DNA of 64,000 nt from Balanoglossus misakiensis (taxonomy: Eukaryota; Animalia; Hemichordata). The translations under genes were made by a program, and so were the position numbers. Within the stretch, counting starts at the first letter, position 1, and every line of letters begins with the position of its first letter. The stretch is taken from assembly GCA_040954595.2 (NCBI GenBank), contig CM082577.2, positions 5,940,301 to 6,004,300 of the forward strand, in the 5' to 3' direction. The notes under the pieces were generated by a model. It did not search any database, was not told where the DNA came from, and worked only from the letters and a program-made list of their open reading frames with translations. Positions 12,422 through 24,854 of this stretch are shown piece after piece.

Positions 12422-15400
12422 ACTTGCATAGGGGAGTAGTTGATACAGTCAGATTTATCCCTAAAGCAGTTCAAAGGTCATATGTCTGTTTCATCAGAGT
12501 TCCTTATTTATTTTGATCTGAAGGTATGGCCTTAGATCTGACGCTAGAATATGCGATCTTAGACTTACTGTCTGTCTCGCGGTACCACTACCGGGGCAAA
12601 CCGGCGATGACAACGGAAATTACTTTTTTCTCGAATTAGGTTTTAGATTTGGATTAGAAGTGCCGTGGAGACAAATTTCCCGCCATTTTATTGATGATAC
12701 CAGACTGCAATACTAAATTCAGTAGCACTCACAGAGATGATAAAATGAGGGAGATGGACGCCTCTGCCCTTCCACAACGCGCCCGTTCCCGCTGCCAGCA
12801 AAATGCCATATTAATCATTCATCCCTACTATACGCGTACGTGACAATATCACTTTGATGGGAATAAAAAGGGAGAAAGGCTTTAAGAACCGCCTTAATCC
12901 GGATTTGATAACTCAACAGACTCACAGGATTCCCTAAACATTATCGATTCTACTCCGTCAACTTGTTTCTCTGTCGGCCACACTTGACTTTGCCTATAGA
13001 AGTGTACTCTTCTGCGGCGATAGAAACGGCGCTCATCATCAAGGCGATGCCACTTCTTGTTTAGGCAAAACAGCAACGAGAGAAACCCAAAGACTTGATG
13101 ATCTGCTGGGTTATTCGGATATCGGTGGGGTTATCAGACCGCGATTTATCAAATTAGAAGTGTTTGCCAGACGGCGAACGGACTGGAGTGCTTTTCGCGC
13201 TGATTGGAGTCCCAGTGGTATTCATTAAACCGCGGCGTATACCCTGATTAAACTAATACCGCTTTTTTTCGCTGGCGTTGCTTTTCAAAGCGACAAAATG
13301 CGCGCGGGTTAGCGAGCGGGGAAAATTGAACAAAAGCGTCGCTTCCGTTTCGCACGCCATCGATATTCATTCCCGACCCTTGCCGGCGACGAACACTTGT
13401 CAACGAAGCACCTCTCGGCACCGCAATCGTCACGGCAAGGTGTAAGGTGATGCGATACGATCTGCCGGGAGAAAAGAAAGCGCTTCGCGTGTGGCATGCA
13501 AATTACCCCCCCCCCCCCCCCCCCCGAAAGGCAGAAATTGGCAGGATCCAGGAAAAGTGAATCTGGCACGTACACACCACGTGCAGTTGTCGTTCGCTCG
13601 TACGTCAATTTTGGCGGGCTTTTGAGAAGAAAAAAACATCGTTCAAAACGAAAATACACAGAAGGGTCAATATTTCAATTCTCAAATCACTTAGGAAAAA
13701 TCGTATGAAAGTACCGCAATACCGAAAACGTTTTATGGGTAGTCGAGACGTATTGACAGACACAACTGTACGTTATCCAAAGGGAAGATTCTCCCGTCGA
13801 AGGCGACTGGCCTCCCGCAAGCCGATTTTACGGCGTCTACGCGTCTTTACGATAAATGCGCCTAAAATTTCAATCCAAAAAGTCGACGGAATCCCGGTGA
13901 GGTTGTTCAGTGCAATCGGATTACTTCAGCGTTACACCTGCTATACGAAAGTATCTCTGACTGACGTGAACCCGCATAAGGGCCGGGAAGGAGCTCTACC
14001 GCACTGCGCATCGAGTAAACAAAAAACTTATAGTTCCAAAATAATTCAGCATTTAATATGCAAATATAGGTAACTGAGAAATACATGTTGGTATAAGTGA
14101 AAGTCCTTTGATAATTAGATCAGCGGCCGGTGTTCTTTTTTGAGCGCAATCAGGATTCAAAACGGATACTCCGCATCATTATGTAGCCATGGAAACAACA
14201 ATCGCCCCAGAGGCAGAGGCAGGACCGAGATTCTCCTGCCTTCGGAGGCTTTTACTCAAACGTACTGAGAGCTGAAGGCAAGAAACAAAATGAATGTTGC
14301 GCATCAATTTCGTTTGCCCGCCTTTAGGGAGTCAATAGACTTGATCTTGGAACGTCCGCTGCGTTCGTGTTCGAAGATTTTCTTAATCGTAGTTTAAATT
14401 CAATTTCCCAGTACATGATTGTCGATGACGAGTTGGCGGGAAATCGACGACGGGCGAGCAGTCGTCTGACTAAACAAAGAAATGCGGCTTTCTCCAGCTG
14501 TTCAGCTCTTCTCTTCCCAATTCCAGCGGCTATATTTGGAGTAACGCATGGATAGAATCGATACACTGGCGTCTCGTGGAATAATTTAACATATCATAGT
14601 AGGGTTAATGTCTATGTACATTACAGAAGATTCGACATCCACCCACCCACCCACACGCACGTACGCACGGCAACTTCGCAGGGGGTGGTCCAAAATATAG
14701 TATATTATTCTTATTATTATACGTAAGATTGTTGAAGTTTCTGAAGGATGGACATTCACCTGCAGATAACAGTAGTAGCGATGATCGTTGATGTGTGTGT
14801 GCGAGGGGGGGGGGGAGAGGTGATCGGATCAGAAAGTCATCTGTTTGCATAGAGTGATCATGCACTTCAAGCTCAAGGCAATTAGTACGTATACCGAAGC
14901 TCTGATAGCCACTCGGTCGACACGACAGCAGTGAAATTGCAAATAGCAAATTCTGTCAAGACAATTGGGTCATAAAAGAGGATCTTTGCAGATTTTCAGT
15001 GGCAAGCGCTAAGGCCTACATTCGAAATAGTGACAAGGTTTTGGCAGAGAGGTAACGACATCACCCGGACAGTACACTTCCTGAGAAAGGTATAACCTCT
15101 AATTTACATATGCCCGTATAGAGTTAAAAGGGCGTGTCTAAGTCGTCGAATGACCATGTGGTGGCGCACGTTTTTTCGCGTGGCCGCCACTTGAAAATTT
15201 GTCATTGACCAGATCTCAACTTGCCATGGTACTTGTGGATAAATTACCCTGCCATTTACAGAAAAAAAATGTGCAGACGACGAGATTTGTGTCGAACGGA
15301 AAAAGGCGGGAAAGAGCGTAGCATGAGAATCATTGAACTGGAGAAGGGCCCGGTCTGATTGCGTTTTAATCTGATTCAGATTGGTTCAGATTTCGTGCGA

Positions 15401-18269
15401 TTGAATATTTCTGCACCGGAGAATACTGAATGCGCGTTGGACAGAGTGTTCTGACGACAGACCCATCAAGCAAACCACATTTCGCTTAATGAACGGACGT
15501 CCAGCCTTCGTGCACGCCGTCTTGTATTCCGATACAATCGAGACACCTTGGTTTTAAATCGAGACACGCGTCCGACACGATAGCCGACTCCTTCGCATTT
15601 GGATACCTGAACTGTAAATTTTCACAGCTGCCACGATCTCCTCCCCCGTACTTTAATCTGCTGTGATTTTTTTCTACTCTAGATCATCAAATAACACGGT
15701 TCCACACAAAAGGTTGGCCTCATGCAAATGTCGTTACTTTTCAATTTATTATTAGTTTCTGTGTTGAGTACGTCAGTCTATATTCTAATACGGGGACCTC
15801 TGCGTTTGATTACGTCTTGGTGAAGATATTGATCTCGCGGAGACGCGAGTGAAGACAGAGACATTTAATAGTTTATAGCTTTTAATTATTTTTTTTTTAA
15901 TCTTGACGCCTCCTTTGATGAGGAAATTAAAGAGGGAGTGAGTTAGACACAACTGTGCCAATGGTTATAGGTCCTCTACTTTGGCCAGCAAAAATGACAG
16001 AAAAGCAACCTGCCAATGACCGTGGGACTCTGATATATAATTGACCAAGAGAGACGGTAAATGACGGACCCAAAAATGTAAGTTAGCGCCACCGTGTTAG
16101 CCGACAACACCTTGTGCGACAAACCCAAAGAAAAATTCGCTAGAAGCTTATCGGCCGGGCTATCAAAACTCGAAATCCGCGCGAAGCTACACTTTATTCT
16201 CACAGTTCTCACATCTCACCGTCACCGTTGAAGGTCACGTTCACAGTTCTCCCTCGATCTGTCGGCGTCAAAGCTGGCGTTTTACTTGCTTGAAATGCAG
16301 GGAACGTTTCCCGGGGCAAAACGTACCATTTGCTAGTAATCTAATAAAAGTGGCATTGGCTGGCCGAGAGATGACAATCAACGCCGTCATGTCACAAACA
16401 GCACGCTTTATTAATTCGAGCGAGATGACCCGGCTGAATACGAGATGATAGTCGCGTGAAGCTCTACTAGTCGCTGGCAGCATTTATTAGCCTACCCTTT
16501 ATAGATATCGTACTGAATGATTTCTCTCGTAGAAGAAGTGAGAAGCGGGTGAGCTTTCTACGCGGCGCGCATTTATTGAAACACGACCCTTTTTCCATAC
16601 AATCGGATTCCGTCGGTCGGCGCCTCGTTCTGAGACAGGTGTCAGTGGCTGTACCTCAGGCCAACATGGCGCACCGTCTGCGTTTCGTTTTACAACTTTC
16701 CACATCAAAATTTGCACAGACGGTTTATTCGATGAGGGGGAAAGACTTAGTTTAATGGAAACCTGATTGTCTGTTTTCCGAGAAGTCGACTCAGTGAAAG
16801 GTCGCCACGCTGTGATTCGGCGCGATTTAGCGTGCGTTCGGCCTGCAGTCCGGCTACTTGGCGCTCCCACTGGAAAATTGGCTTCTGCTCAGTTGGAGTA
16901 GCCTGAAGAACGGTACAGAATTTCAAAGGTCGTTGCGACATGTCTGTCCTCCTCAGAACATTGGGAGCCCCTCCCATCCGCAGTTCGATAGCTTTATACG
17001 AGATTTTTTTTTCAGAGTCGTGATAGTTCAAAGGTTGTCGGCTCTTTATAGTCTGTTACCAGGTTCACACAGGGTAAAATTCGAAACGTTTCATTTGCCC
17101 ATGGTAAACAATGAGCATTAATCCTTTGATCAAGAGTGCTCATGTACAACGACGTGTGAAATCCGACGAAAAAAAATCTGATTTCAGTGACGGTAAGCAG
17201 TAAAAGCAAACAATATTCAATGACGCAGGCGCGGTATCGTGTTCCACGTGAATATTTAACCGAATTTTCATCATTTAGCACACGCGTTAATTGATTCGTC
17301 GTCGCCGTCTAAAATCAATTCCGCTGTGTCGCTCTGCAATCGAGCAGGGTTTACTTGATATTTTAATGGCAGTTGTTCATCAACCTTGATGGTTTTGCGC
17401 CTTAATTTCGTTATGGCACAACAATCCAATCACACAGCATCATATATAAAAAAACCATACACGCATCAAATGGCACATACATGTACATTGTATAGACATG
17501 TTCATATGAAGAATGGATGAATGTATGAATGAACCCTAAGTTCCACTTGTCGGAAATGAGAATAGTTTCACATTATGATTAGGACCATTTACGTGCTTTC
17601 AAACCGAAAAATGATGAATGACGATCGAAGAAGTTCTCTAAATGATTGAAACAGGTGGCAAAAACGCTGCCCTACTGGAGAACTTGGAACTTGCAATTGA
17701 ATGAAATTCTGAGTGACTCAGGATACCCTTATGCCACAGAGTTGAAACGGTATAAGCCCAAGATATGTCAAACCTATTAGCTTCATGACCTCGCCGAGGC
17801 TTTTAAATCTATTGCCTTATTTTTTTAACTTCTCCACTAACCTCTTAGTTAATTTTTACCTCTCGATATAGATCTATTTTGATTTTCCTCAGTGTGCGCA
17901 TGCCAGATCAGGTAAAATTTGACAAGTATCTGCACAAATGGATTTATAATCCAACGCTGTTACTTAATTGTGAGCAGCTATTTCAACCGAGTCGCCAGAT
18001 GTACACAATCCCACTTTTTATTAGTCAGCTTAAAGAACACTGGTACCGTGTTCGTTTGGTACAATATAACACACAATTTTCGTATTTAACTTTATTTCTG
18101 GCGACTGTTGTTTTAAATGCAATATTTGACGAACTAAATTCGTTTGACAGGAACAGCCACCCGGCCCAGAAGTGTAAATAAGACATTTTATTGATTTACC
18201 AGCGTACAGACTGGTACGGAACATATTTTTTGTATAATTGGTTAATTATTATGATTATTTAATATTTAA

Positions 18270-18305
18270 TCTCTCTCTCTCTCTCTCTCGCTCTCTCTCT
18301 CTCTC
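18270..18305. repeat. (CT)n microsatellite
   Basis: Interrupted CT dinucleotide run seen directly. Confidence 0.9.
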
Positions 18306-21300
18306 TTCTCCCCCTCTCTTTATCACACACACGCACATTTCCTTATCTTTCACAAAGTTCTTTCTGGAACAGATCCTCAACACTGAAACAATAAATGCAG
18401 ATGAACTATGCCCCTTCCGTGAAATTTTAGTCACCGTGACGGGAAATATACAAGCCATATTAACAAAATAGATACGCGTATTGTATACCTGTGCCCAGAA
18501 CGATCGATGTTTCTCCATCGGAAGATTAACTAACTGTACATAATATAATCTCGCGGATTATTTAAATTATTGTGTACGAATGCTCTTTCATAAACACATA
18601 AAATGAATGGAAGTCGAACATGACGTGTTATAAAATGTTTCGAACGTACAGTCTATAGCAGAATGCGTGTAGAATTTTCTAGTAGTTCAATCGTACGCAC
18701 ATAACCTATTAATAGGTCAAACATGCCAGCAACATCTGTACCCTAGATGAATGTGTGTACATAAGCCATTACTGAAATGCTCCAAATTGTGTCAAAGTCA
18801 TTCCTCGTGTTGGTTTTGAATGCGGGCAGACAAGGGGATATTTTCTCCTCGAAATGCGCTTCACGGTTGACTCATATTTCAGACGTTTTGGAATATTACC
18901 CCTAATTAGGCCAAAGGGTCGAAAACTGCCGACAGGTATAGGCCTACAGCAGAAATTTCCACAGGTTGCAGTTTGCAATCTATCGTACCGAAAAGATAAC
19001 CAGACCACCTCCAGTTTGTTCAAGTTTCTGTCAAGTTTATCACAGACAAAATGAAAGAGATTTGTCTGTGAGTTTATGGACTTCGTACTTTCGCGATATC
19101 GAACGGACAGACAAATCACATGACGGCGAGCGCAGTGGCACTATACCGTTTTGTGCAAAATGAGTCTGATGGCGGTGCACACACAGTGTAGTGCTCTTGG
19201 GCTCTTGATCTAGATCGAGTGCCAATATGATCACGTACACAGAGCACGTCCGTTTAAGGGCTTCGCAGGGAATGAAGAAGAAGAAAATCAGGTAGCCATG
19301 TGTGTACATGTGCTAGGGTTTGTTTCGTTTCATCGTTTCCTCTGTACAAATTGGCTGAGCCGTAATTGTGTTGCGAAGTCACACGTCGTTGATAACCTCG
19401 GCGGGCTTGACTGCCATTCAGCGTAACTGAAAGCGAACTTCTGTCAAGAAAATTCACCGGCTTTCCTTCACCCGATCGGCTCGAGCCACCCTTCAGAGAT
19501 CAGAGGAAGGACATACCCCGGCGCGAAAGTAAAACGTGTTTCGGCAGTGCTAGAAATTTGGGGGGAGTCTGTCGCCATTGATGCGACGGCTGTTTCCTCT
19601 CGTTCACACATGGAAGGCGCGACGCTCGGTTCTTCAACTTCAGCGTTCGCGGCGCCGCGCGGAACCTGACGGTAATGCATTATCTCGCAACGCCGAGATT
19701 TTTCTATGTAACTGTGAACTACAGGGTCATCTTTGAAATTGAATTCGTAGCTTTTGGCCGTCTTGCTCGCTGTGGGGCTCGCAGGGCGCGCGCGAGATTC
19801 ACCTGTGGAAGATCTGTCTGATTTGAATTTGAGCTTCAGGCGGCTTTCATGGCTTTGAAGTACCTGCTCCCCCCCCCCCTCAAAGCTGTTTGGACATATT
19901 ATTAGGCTTATACCGGGGTTTATTTTGTCTAAACTTAATGGCCGACGGCGTGTCCTATGCGTGATGCCAAGCGGATCAGCTGATGCGATGTTTTATCTCC
20001 AAATATTCATGATTTATGTATATCCCCGTGTATACTATACAGCAAGACAGGCAGCCAATGAACTTAACGCATGTCTTGGCAGTGACCTCAGTTGGAGGTT
20101 AGCTGTTACTATGGTAATTTAATTACAAAGAGGTGCTGTTTCAGTACTCATGATATAGGTTATACATCCCTAATTACAAAAGTTATCCAAATATGCAAAT
20201 AAGCATGAATTACACACAGGGTACAGTATCATTCCAACCTTGCCACACTTTGGTAGGTTTCATAAAAGTTATTGCAGTAAGTCTGTACAAATGCCAATAA
20301 TGCTATTTTTCTCTCCATGGACAATCATTTTAAGGGAATTCACAACGACATTTAGCTCATTTGGTTTACAGCCGTGAGTCAATATGTGCACATTAATACA
20401 CACGCGGTGAAACGGTTTTCTGAGGATGTACGTAATCCAAATACTAGTACTATGCAACTTATATCACCCTTCTGGGCAAACTGTAATGTATGTCCATGGA
20501 TTAAGTGCCCTGTGCTGATTTATGCGTGTATATTGCAAGTTTCTATTTGGTGTTTATGGTTCATTCGACCAAATAAAACAGAAACCTGAAAGTGTAGACT
20601 TCACAAAATGGATTTGTACACTCAATACTCTCAAATACGCCATGTATCTATAATGCATGGTCGTCGTTAGCTTCGTGGTGATCGTATTTCATGCGAGGGA
20701 AAATATTATTGCAAGCCAACCTATCAACATCATGATAACCATCTAAAACATTTGAAAGGTAAAAGACTGCAAACACAACAGTACATCTACATTTACGGAT
20801 CGTTATGGTAAAAATCCTGCTACATCCTTCAACACCGTTCAGTCTGCTATATGATGACAGATATTCGAGCCTATGGCAGCAAATCATCTACACCCATTCA
20901 TCATATTTTAGAGCTGAGCCAACATCTCCATCTCGCTCGTATTCCCGTGTCTTTCCTGGAAAACCATAATCTTATGAAAATGGGACAATAAATAAAACGC
21001 GTACAAACTTAAGAAAGGGCGCTGATGGGCAATATGTCACTTCTGATATGAAAGTGTTTTGCGATGAGTCATTCTCGGCTGTTTTTATGCTCTCGCCGTC
21101 GAAATAGTCGTTTATGCTGCTTAATATATACGTGTTGTGTTGTAGCGTTGAAATGAGCTGAGCTAAAGCCCGGGTGGATTGTAAACGTGACGTAATAAAA
21201 AACACGGGCTTCTCAAATATTTATGCCCAGGTGAGATCGATCCGAAACTACCGCCGATAAAATCATGCGGGCGAAAACAACGGTGACTGTCTCGTATAGA

Positions 21301-23709
21301 CTCGTAATAAATTATCGATGCCTTTATTTTCCAAGGGTTGCTTGTTTCTCCGATGGTTACGATCTGCCAAAACAGAGTGGGTTGATTCACCCCCCCCCCC
21401 CTTCCCCTAACTCCGTCCCCTATATACCTCACTCCATGATCCATCCATATCCATCTAATCATTACCTCCTTGCGTACGCATATATAACCCTGAAACGAAC
21501 TTGTTCAGAAAGAGAGCTAGAGAGAGAACGAGAGGGAAAATGCACAATTTATCCGATACACTCCAATCGCCGACAAGCACTGTCATTACATAAAAACGTT
21601 ATTGGCTTTCAGCACTTTGCGCTTACGGGGTAAAGTTACCGGCTTATTGCTACGAAAACATATTGATTGACTCGGCGCTGATTTATGTGTGTCTATTGCA
21701 ATATCATAGACGTCGTTATCAACGTTTCCGGACGCGGAATGCGTTGCACTCTCCTTAGTAGACTCGAGAGTCCAATGCGAAATTATGTCTTTGTGAAACT
21801 AAAATTGAATTTAAATAAAACAGAATATGGCATGTGGATATATCTTAAATATGACACAGCGCCACGATTTTATTGGCAACCAGCTACACGTACGCCTCGT
21901 GTAGCTCCCCGCCGAAGAAATAGATGAATGGTTGAATTGAGATGCGCGCAAGATGCGCCATTGTCACAAAATATGTTTTTTTTATGTCAATTATTGATCA
22001 GAAAGTTATTTGTGAAGAATTGTTGAAAATGCGATATGTTTATACATGTTGTCTGATATCAAATCATTTTCGTTGTTGACGTCTTGGCTTGAGCAAGTCT
22101 TGGCGACTCAAAAAGTGTGTTGCCACTTGATGACTACGCATGCGTGTACAGATACTCTCATTCTCATCGTGTTTATAGTCAGTTTCCATTGGTTGGAATT
22201 TCTGACACCCCCAGCAGGCTTGTGATTGATTGATGAATAAATAAATATAGTTTAAAGACTCAATTAACTGGTCCAGAACTGTAAGCTATTGTTTTAGCAT
22301 TTTCGTTTGGTGCAGTGACTTCGTGGTTGAAATCTCCGAAGCATGGTGAAACACGGATTAGCCCTATACATGTATATATGTGCAAGTTATTGTTGGAAAT
22401 TGAGTCCGGACTACAAAATTAATTCATTCGCGAACAATAACAATGGCTTATGCGCGTATATAGGCTACGTTGATAAGTAGGATACTGGGAAATTTAATAC
22501 GCCGTGGGAGGTCGAATAATAAGCTAAAAAATAACTAAAAGTGACACCCAGTGTCCTCTATAAAAGCCCAGAATGACGCATCTTGAATAGAGAAAAAAGC
22601 GATAAATTGAGATAAACCGAAGGATGTGTCATGAAAACTCGTTGTCATATTGCATTCAACATGAATTATGAAATTTAATATGTGATATCTCATTAAACTT
22701 GAGTAGCGCTAATATCCTACCTGACCAAATAATATCCCGCGTTATTAATATTTACGAACTGTCGTTATCTTCACGGACGCGCACAAATAATCGACCACAC
22801 ACGGTGGCACGTACATCTCGCGGGAAAACGCGAGACACTTGGGAGAGCGATCCTATAGGCCCTACGTGCAGCATTCAATGGCTTGGAACAAATTTGTGAT
22901 CGCATTTAACACGGATAAACTCTTTCGTCATAGTTTTGAAGATTTTAAAAAGAAATGTCGTTTTGCAATGTGAAAATTACAAGATTTGGCTTTCGGCATG
23001 ACGTCTGGTCGGATAAGGGTCGGCCCGAAAATTATTATGTAGATTTTTCTATCAGTTTTCAAAGTTCTAGTCTAGCCAATGCAACAACACAAAACACCGG
23101 CAAAATGTAATGTGACAAAAAACGCAGTGATGTAAGGGAAAGGAACATTATTGGAAAAAGCAGTGCGCGCTCTTTAAGAGGTTTTAAAGACACTCCGAAA
23201 GAGAACACGTTCAATAAGCTCCTTTCCTTTCACCGAAATCGAAGAATTGACGTCTCTCTACTGCATGCGGCGGTTCGAGTCTTTCGTGCAAGAGATGCTT
23301 TGATTCGAACGCGTCTACTTATAGTGTTCGCTTACTATCGTCTCGCATTGTGGTCCGTACACAGCCTAAGGCTTGCGTGAATGTTTTTTCTCGGGAGTAC
23401 AAGACGCAAGCCTGAAGACACCATTTAAAAAGCGCATTTAAAAAGCACAACACGGAGCCAAAATCCCGAAGGGTTTCGAGAGAGAGAAAAACACGGACTT
23501 ATACAGTAGAAAAAGCCATGCGAATCGCCATTGATGGGTTACACCAAACTTGCAAATAGCGAAAGTCAGCAACCATGAATATATAGTAGCCATAAACACT
23601 GACATGACCCAAATACAAAAATGATTTTATGATGTAAATGCGCTCTGTTGCCGCCGCCATTACGCCGTTTACATTACATTTTATGTCTGCGTAAAACTAC
23701 TAGTATTTC

Positions 23710-23757
23710 CACAGGGAACTTAGTAATTTTGTTATTGTTATTGTTGTTGTTGTTGTT

Positions 23758-23793
<36 letters not shown>

Positions 23794-24071
23794 AAGATTG
23801 GTAATAAAATGTAAAAAAAAATCAATGTTCATTTCTTGCTATGTATGTCGATCTTGTAGATAACTGTAAAAAAAAAACCAACCATAATCGTGGAAAACAC
23901 GACCTAGGTCGCCGAATGTCACTACCTGTATGTAAGACGGTAGTGACATTCGGCGACCTAGGTCGTGTTTTCCACGATTATGGTTGGTTTTTTTTTTACA
24001 GTTATCTACAAGATCGACATACATAGCAAGAAATGAACATTGATTTTTTTTTAAATTTTATTACCAATCTT

Positions 24072-24105
<34 letters not shown>

Positions 24106-24140
24106 GCAATAACAATAACAAAATTACTAAGTTCCCTGTG
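23710..24140. mobile_element. Foldback MITE (near-perfect 431-bp palindrome), P-superfamily-like termini
   Basis: Arms 23710-23926 and 23939-24140 around a 12-nt loop; termini CACAGGGAAC...GTTCCCTGTG; 7-bp direct repeat GTATTTC on both sides (23703-23709, 24141-24147); (TTG)n/(CAA)n tract in each arm. Confidence 0.85.
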
Positions 24141-24654
24141 GTATTTCCAGTCTTGAAAGAGGTGTTTTACCCAAACATTTCACATTGCATTTTTGTAGGA
24201 ATTCGAACACAGTTAGATTGGGGTCGGTGGGGGGGGGGGGGGAGTGCGACAATGCCACCAATGCCTGTATCATTGCAAAATACTTTGCAAAACTGCATTG
24301 CGGCTTTACTGCTTGCTGTCTTGGCGCCGAATTTCTCCTCGCCTCTCGTAAATAACGATGCATGCTTGCCTCGGGACTTAAATGGATTCCTACTCGGCCC
24401 ATCAAATGTTTGAAAGTGCTCTTTTGTGGTTAAAAAAGTACAGTTTACTGACTCGATCGCGATCGAGATGTTGATTCAGTTGAAATAGTCGCCTTTGACC
24501 AAGATTTCGCAAAACTATACAGTATCATGTCACATTTTCCAGATTTAAAGGACCGTAGTAGCATAAAATGATAATGGACATGGACCGTGAGCTACACAAT
24601 ATACAATAAAAAAATCTACAATAAAAAGGGACCTACCTCGGAAGCCACCGAAGA

Positions 24655-24690
24655 AATGCATTCTGGGACTACTCCAAGATGGCTGCGCCC
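24655..24690 (+). promoter_or_regulatory. Putative BRAT1 core promoter motifs (ZNF143/SBS-like and YY1-like)
   Basis: TGCATTCTGGGA followed by CAAGATGGCTGCG about 170-200 bp upstream of the ATG; motif resemblance only. Confidence 0.4.
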
Positions 24691-24854
24691 ATAGACAGGC
24701 ATGCTTCTGGCGAAACGAAAACAACCGTATTTCTATAGTTACAGTATACTGCATCCCACTCCACTGTCTGTCACTCCAAAGCTTGATCTTGCATCGATAT
24801 TAAACGATTATTACGTGTTACGAAAACGGTATCATTGTTGTCACTCAAGACACG

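Noticed and set aside
23710-23716. Terminal CACAGGG resembling the RSS heptamer CACAGTG (Transib/ProtoRAG)
   Set aside because: Transib and RAG-like elements make 5-bp TSDs; the duplication here is 7 bp and no clear nonamer arrangement was seen.
23648-24413. Mirror-image ORFs MYVDLVDNCKKK... on both strands, and poly-Leu / poly-Asn ORFs
   Set aside because: By-products of the palindrome and its (TTG)n/(CAA)n tracts; no coding signature.
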